NCBI GenBank assembly: GCA_013334765.1
Contig: JAAXWW010000003.1
Coordinates: forward strand, 49,354-113,353
Direction of reading: 5' to 3'
DNA from: Candidatus Moraniibacteriota bacterium
GTDB lineage: Bacteria; Patescibacteriota; Minisyncoccia; Moranbacterales; UBA2206
Length of the DNA stretch: 64,000 nt
In this document: positions 62,595 through 64,000 of the stretch, in pieces
How positions within the stretch are numbered: position 1 is the first letter of the stretch
Layout of the letters: every line of letters starts with the position of its first letter
Program-made: the position numbers and the translations under genes
Notes under the pieces: generated by a model
Told to the model about the DNA's origin: nothing
The model's database searches: none
What the model saw: only the letters and a program-made list of their open reading frames with translations

Positions 62595-63457
62595 ATTATC
62601 TTCGTGAAACTACGAATTGATGTTCCCATCGTGCCTGCGGATTTCCCGCACACGACGAGCTCTAATGCATTTTTTGCTTGAGGTTATAGATTTTCCTTAA
62701 ACCCGCTTCTTTCAAATGGTCTTTATCCAAAACCATCTTGAGAATCTTGCAAAAAATTTCAAAGTCACCTTTCTTTGAACGTAACATCAAAGAATTCTTT
62801 TTGAAAAACGGAATAATAATCTTATCCAAGTCATTTCTATTGGCTACTTCAAAGCGGTAACAATCTTGATGATTGGCTCGTTTATCTCCTTGGAAATAAA
62901 CGTTGCCGCAACCGAAGAATTTTTTGAGCTCATAGAGGACTTCTTTGTCTTTCTCTATAAGTTTCAAGAAAAATCTCGGCTCAACCTTTGTCCGTCTTCG
63001 AACTTCTTTCGATGAATCAGGATCCTTCACATAGATTGTGAAACTTCCCTCTCCATCGACTAGGCCAACGATATAATTTGGATTCAATTTTTCCATATGC
63101 ATGGAGTGAATCCTTCCCTGCTTTGCAGCAGGTACTACGATTCAGCTGACTTCTTACGCTGCGTAAGTTTCATTACCTGCTTTCATTATAACATGAAAGC
63201 AGAACAACGTAAGATCTCCCGGGGTCATTTATTATTCTATTCCTCGCATTCCAACACGTCTTTTCGATGCATTTTCCCTAACCTCACCACCCAATCATAG
63301 GTCAATGCGACGCTTTTATTGCTGGACTGCGATCTGTTTCCAGATCCTTCACCGCCACCCTCGCGAATGGCGACTATCTTTCAACTGCGCTCTTTGTGAC
63401 GAACAAAGAGGAGGAGATTTGAACTCCTTGGAATAACAAACTGCCCGGCGCTTTTAT
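62595..63457 (-). mobile_element. group I-type intron in 16S rRNA (between ...TTGTACTCACA and CGCCCGTCACACC, E. coli ~1391-1397), encoding a LAGLIDADG endonuclease
   Basis: The universally contiguous sequences TGTACACACCG/CCCGTCACACC are separated by ~863 nt here. The insert carries the 146-aa ORF. Boundaries are approximate to within a few nt. Confidence 0.75.
62662..63102 (-). CDS. LAGLIDADG homing endonuclease (single-motif, ~146 aa)
   Basis: YIVGLVDGEGSFTIYV is a LAGLIDADG motif. Size and basic C-terminal region fit intron-encoded HEs. 30 percent GC inside an rRNA gene. Confidence 0.8.
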   Translation of the reverse strand: MHMEKLNPNYIVGLVDGEGSFTIYVKDPDSSKEVRRRTKVEPRFFLKLIEKDKEVLYELKKFFGCGNVYFQGDKRANHQDCYRFEVANRNDLDKIIIPFFKKNSLMLRSKKGDFEIFCKILKMVLDKDHLKEAGLRKIYNLKQKMH

Positions 63458-63524
63458 TGTGAGTACAAGATCCGAGAACGTATTCACCGTGACATGGCTG
63501 ATTCACGATTACTAGTGATTCCAG

Positions 63525-63561
<37 letters not shown>

Positions 63562-64000
63562 AGATCGGCTTTTTGAGATTGGCTCCACCTCGCGGTTTGG
63601 CAACCCTTTGTACCGACCATTGTAGCACGTGTGTCGCCCAGGGCGTCAGAGGGCCATGCTGATTTGACGTCATCCCCACCTTCCTCCCGGAACCCTGGTC
63701 ACGAAATATTCATGAACAAAGTTCCGGGCAGTCTCGCGTGACATATATAACACGCGATAGGGGTTGCGCTCGTTTCCTGACTTAACAGAACACCTTACGG
63801 CACGAGCTGACGACAACCATGCAACACCTGCTAGGCACCCTCGAAGGCTTGTATGTTTCCATACAATGCAGCCTAGTTTCAAGCCCTGGTGAGGTTCCTC
63901 GCTTACCGTCGAATTAAACCACATGCTCCACCACTTGTGCGGATCCCCGTCTATTCCTTTGAGTTTTAAGCTTGCGCTCGTACTTCCCAGGCGGCATACT

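Overview
The window reads as a streamlined, Patescibacteria/CPR-like chromosome segment. This is an inference from several features: 59 of 60 predicted CDS lie on the minus strand, the coding regions are small and AT-rich, and the window ends inside a minus-strand 16S rRNA gene. That 16S gene is split by an ~860-nt group I intron carrying a LAGLIDADG homing endonuclease.

Recognisable housekeeping genes include engB, rsgA, recQ, radC, mltG, a murD-containing fusion gene, and a zur-znuACB zinc operon. There is also a [FeFe]-hydrogenase H-domain-like gene, tRNA-Arg, tRNA-Gly and one further tRNA.

Accessory content falls into five groups:
1. An AT-rich Type III restriction-modification pair (mod-res) sits directly behind a co-oriented four-gene cassette. 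The cassette is led by a ClpP/S49-fold SDH-type protease and has a palindromic operator in front of it.
2. A tandemly duplicated rhuM-like gene, each copy preceded by the same ~35-bp leader.
3. Several very large secreted proteins: a membrane-anchored lipase/LCAT-like protein, a protein with four lamin-tail domains and a PKD domain, and a 1791-aa protein combining a collagen triple-helix region, tail-fibre-like repeats and an S74 intramolecular chaperone domain. The last is flanked by two small membrane-anchored paralogues.
4. An ~837-aa protein in which an unknown PP-loop-like domain is fused to a complete MurD.
5. A ~9.7-kb AT-rich island bounded by two ~240-bp direct repeats. Each repeat copies the last 12 nt of 16S plus the downstream ITS, and both keep their hairpins through compensatory changes. 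The island carries a GNAT-ANT(2'') fusion, an HTH-Fic gene with GTAACA operator repeats, a frameshifted methyltransferase, a UvrD-like helicase and a HEPN-like protein. Inside it is a second, nested signature: a tRNA 3'-half remnant plus a tandem-terminator module that duplicate the intact tRNA/terminator next to the rRNA.

A two-hairpin terminator motif recurs four times. I found no CRISPR array, integrase or transposase.
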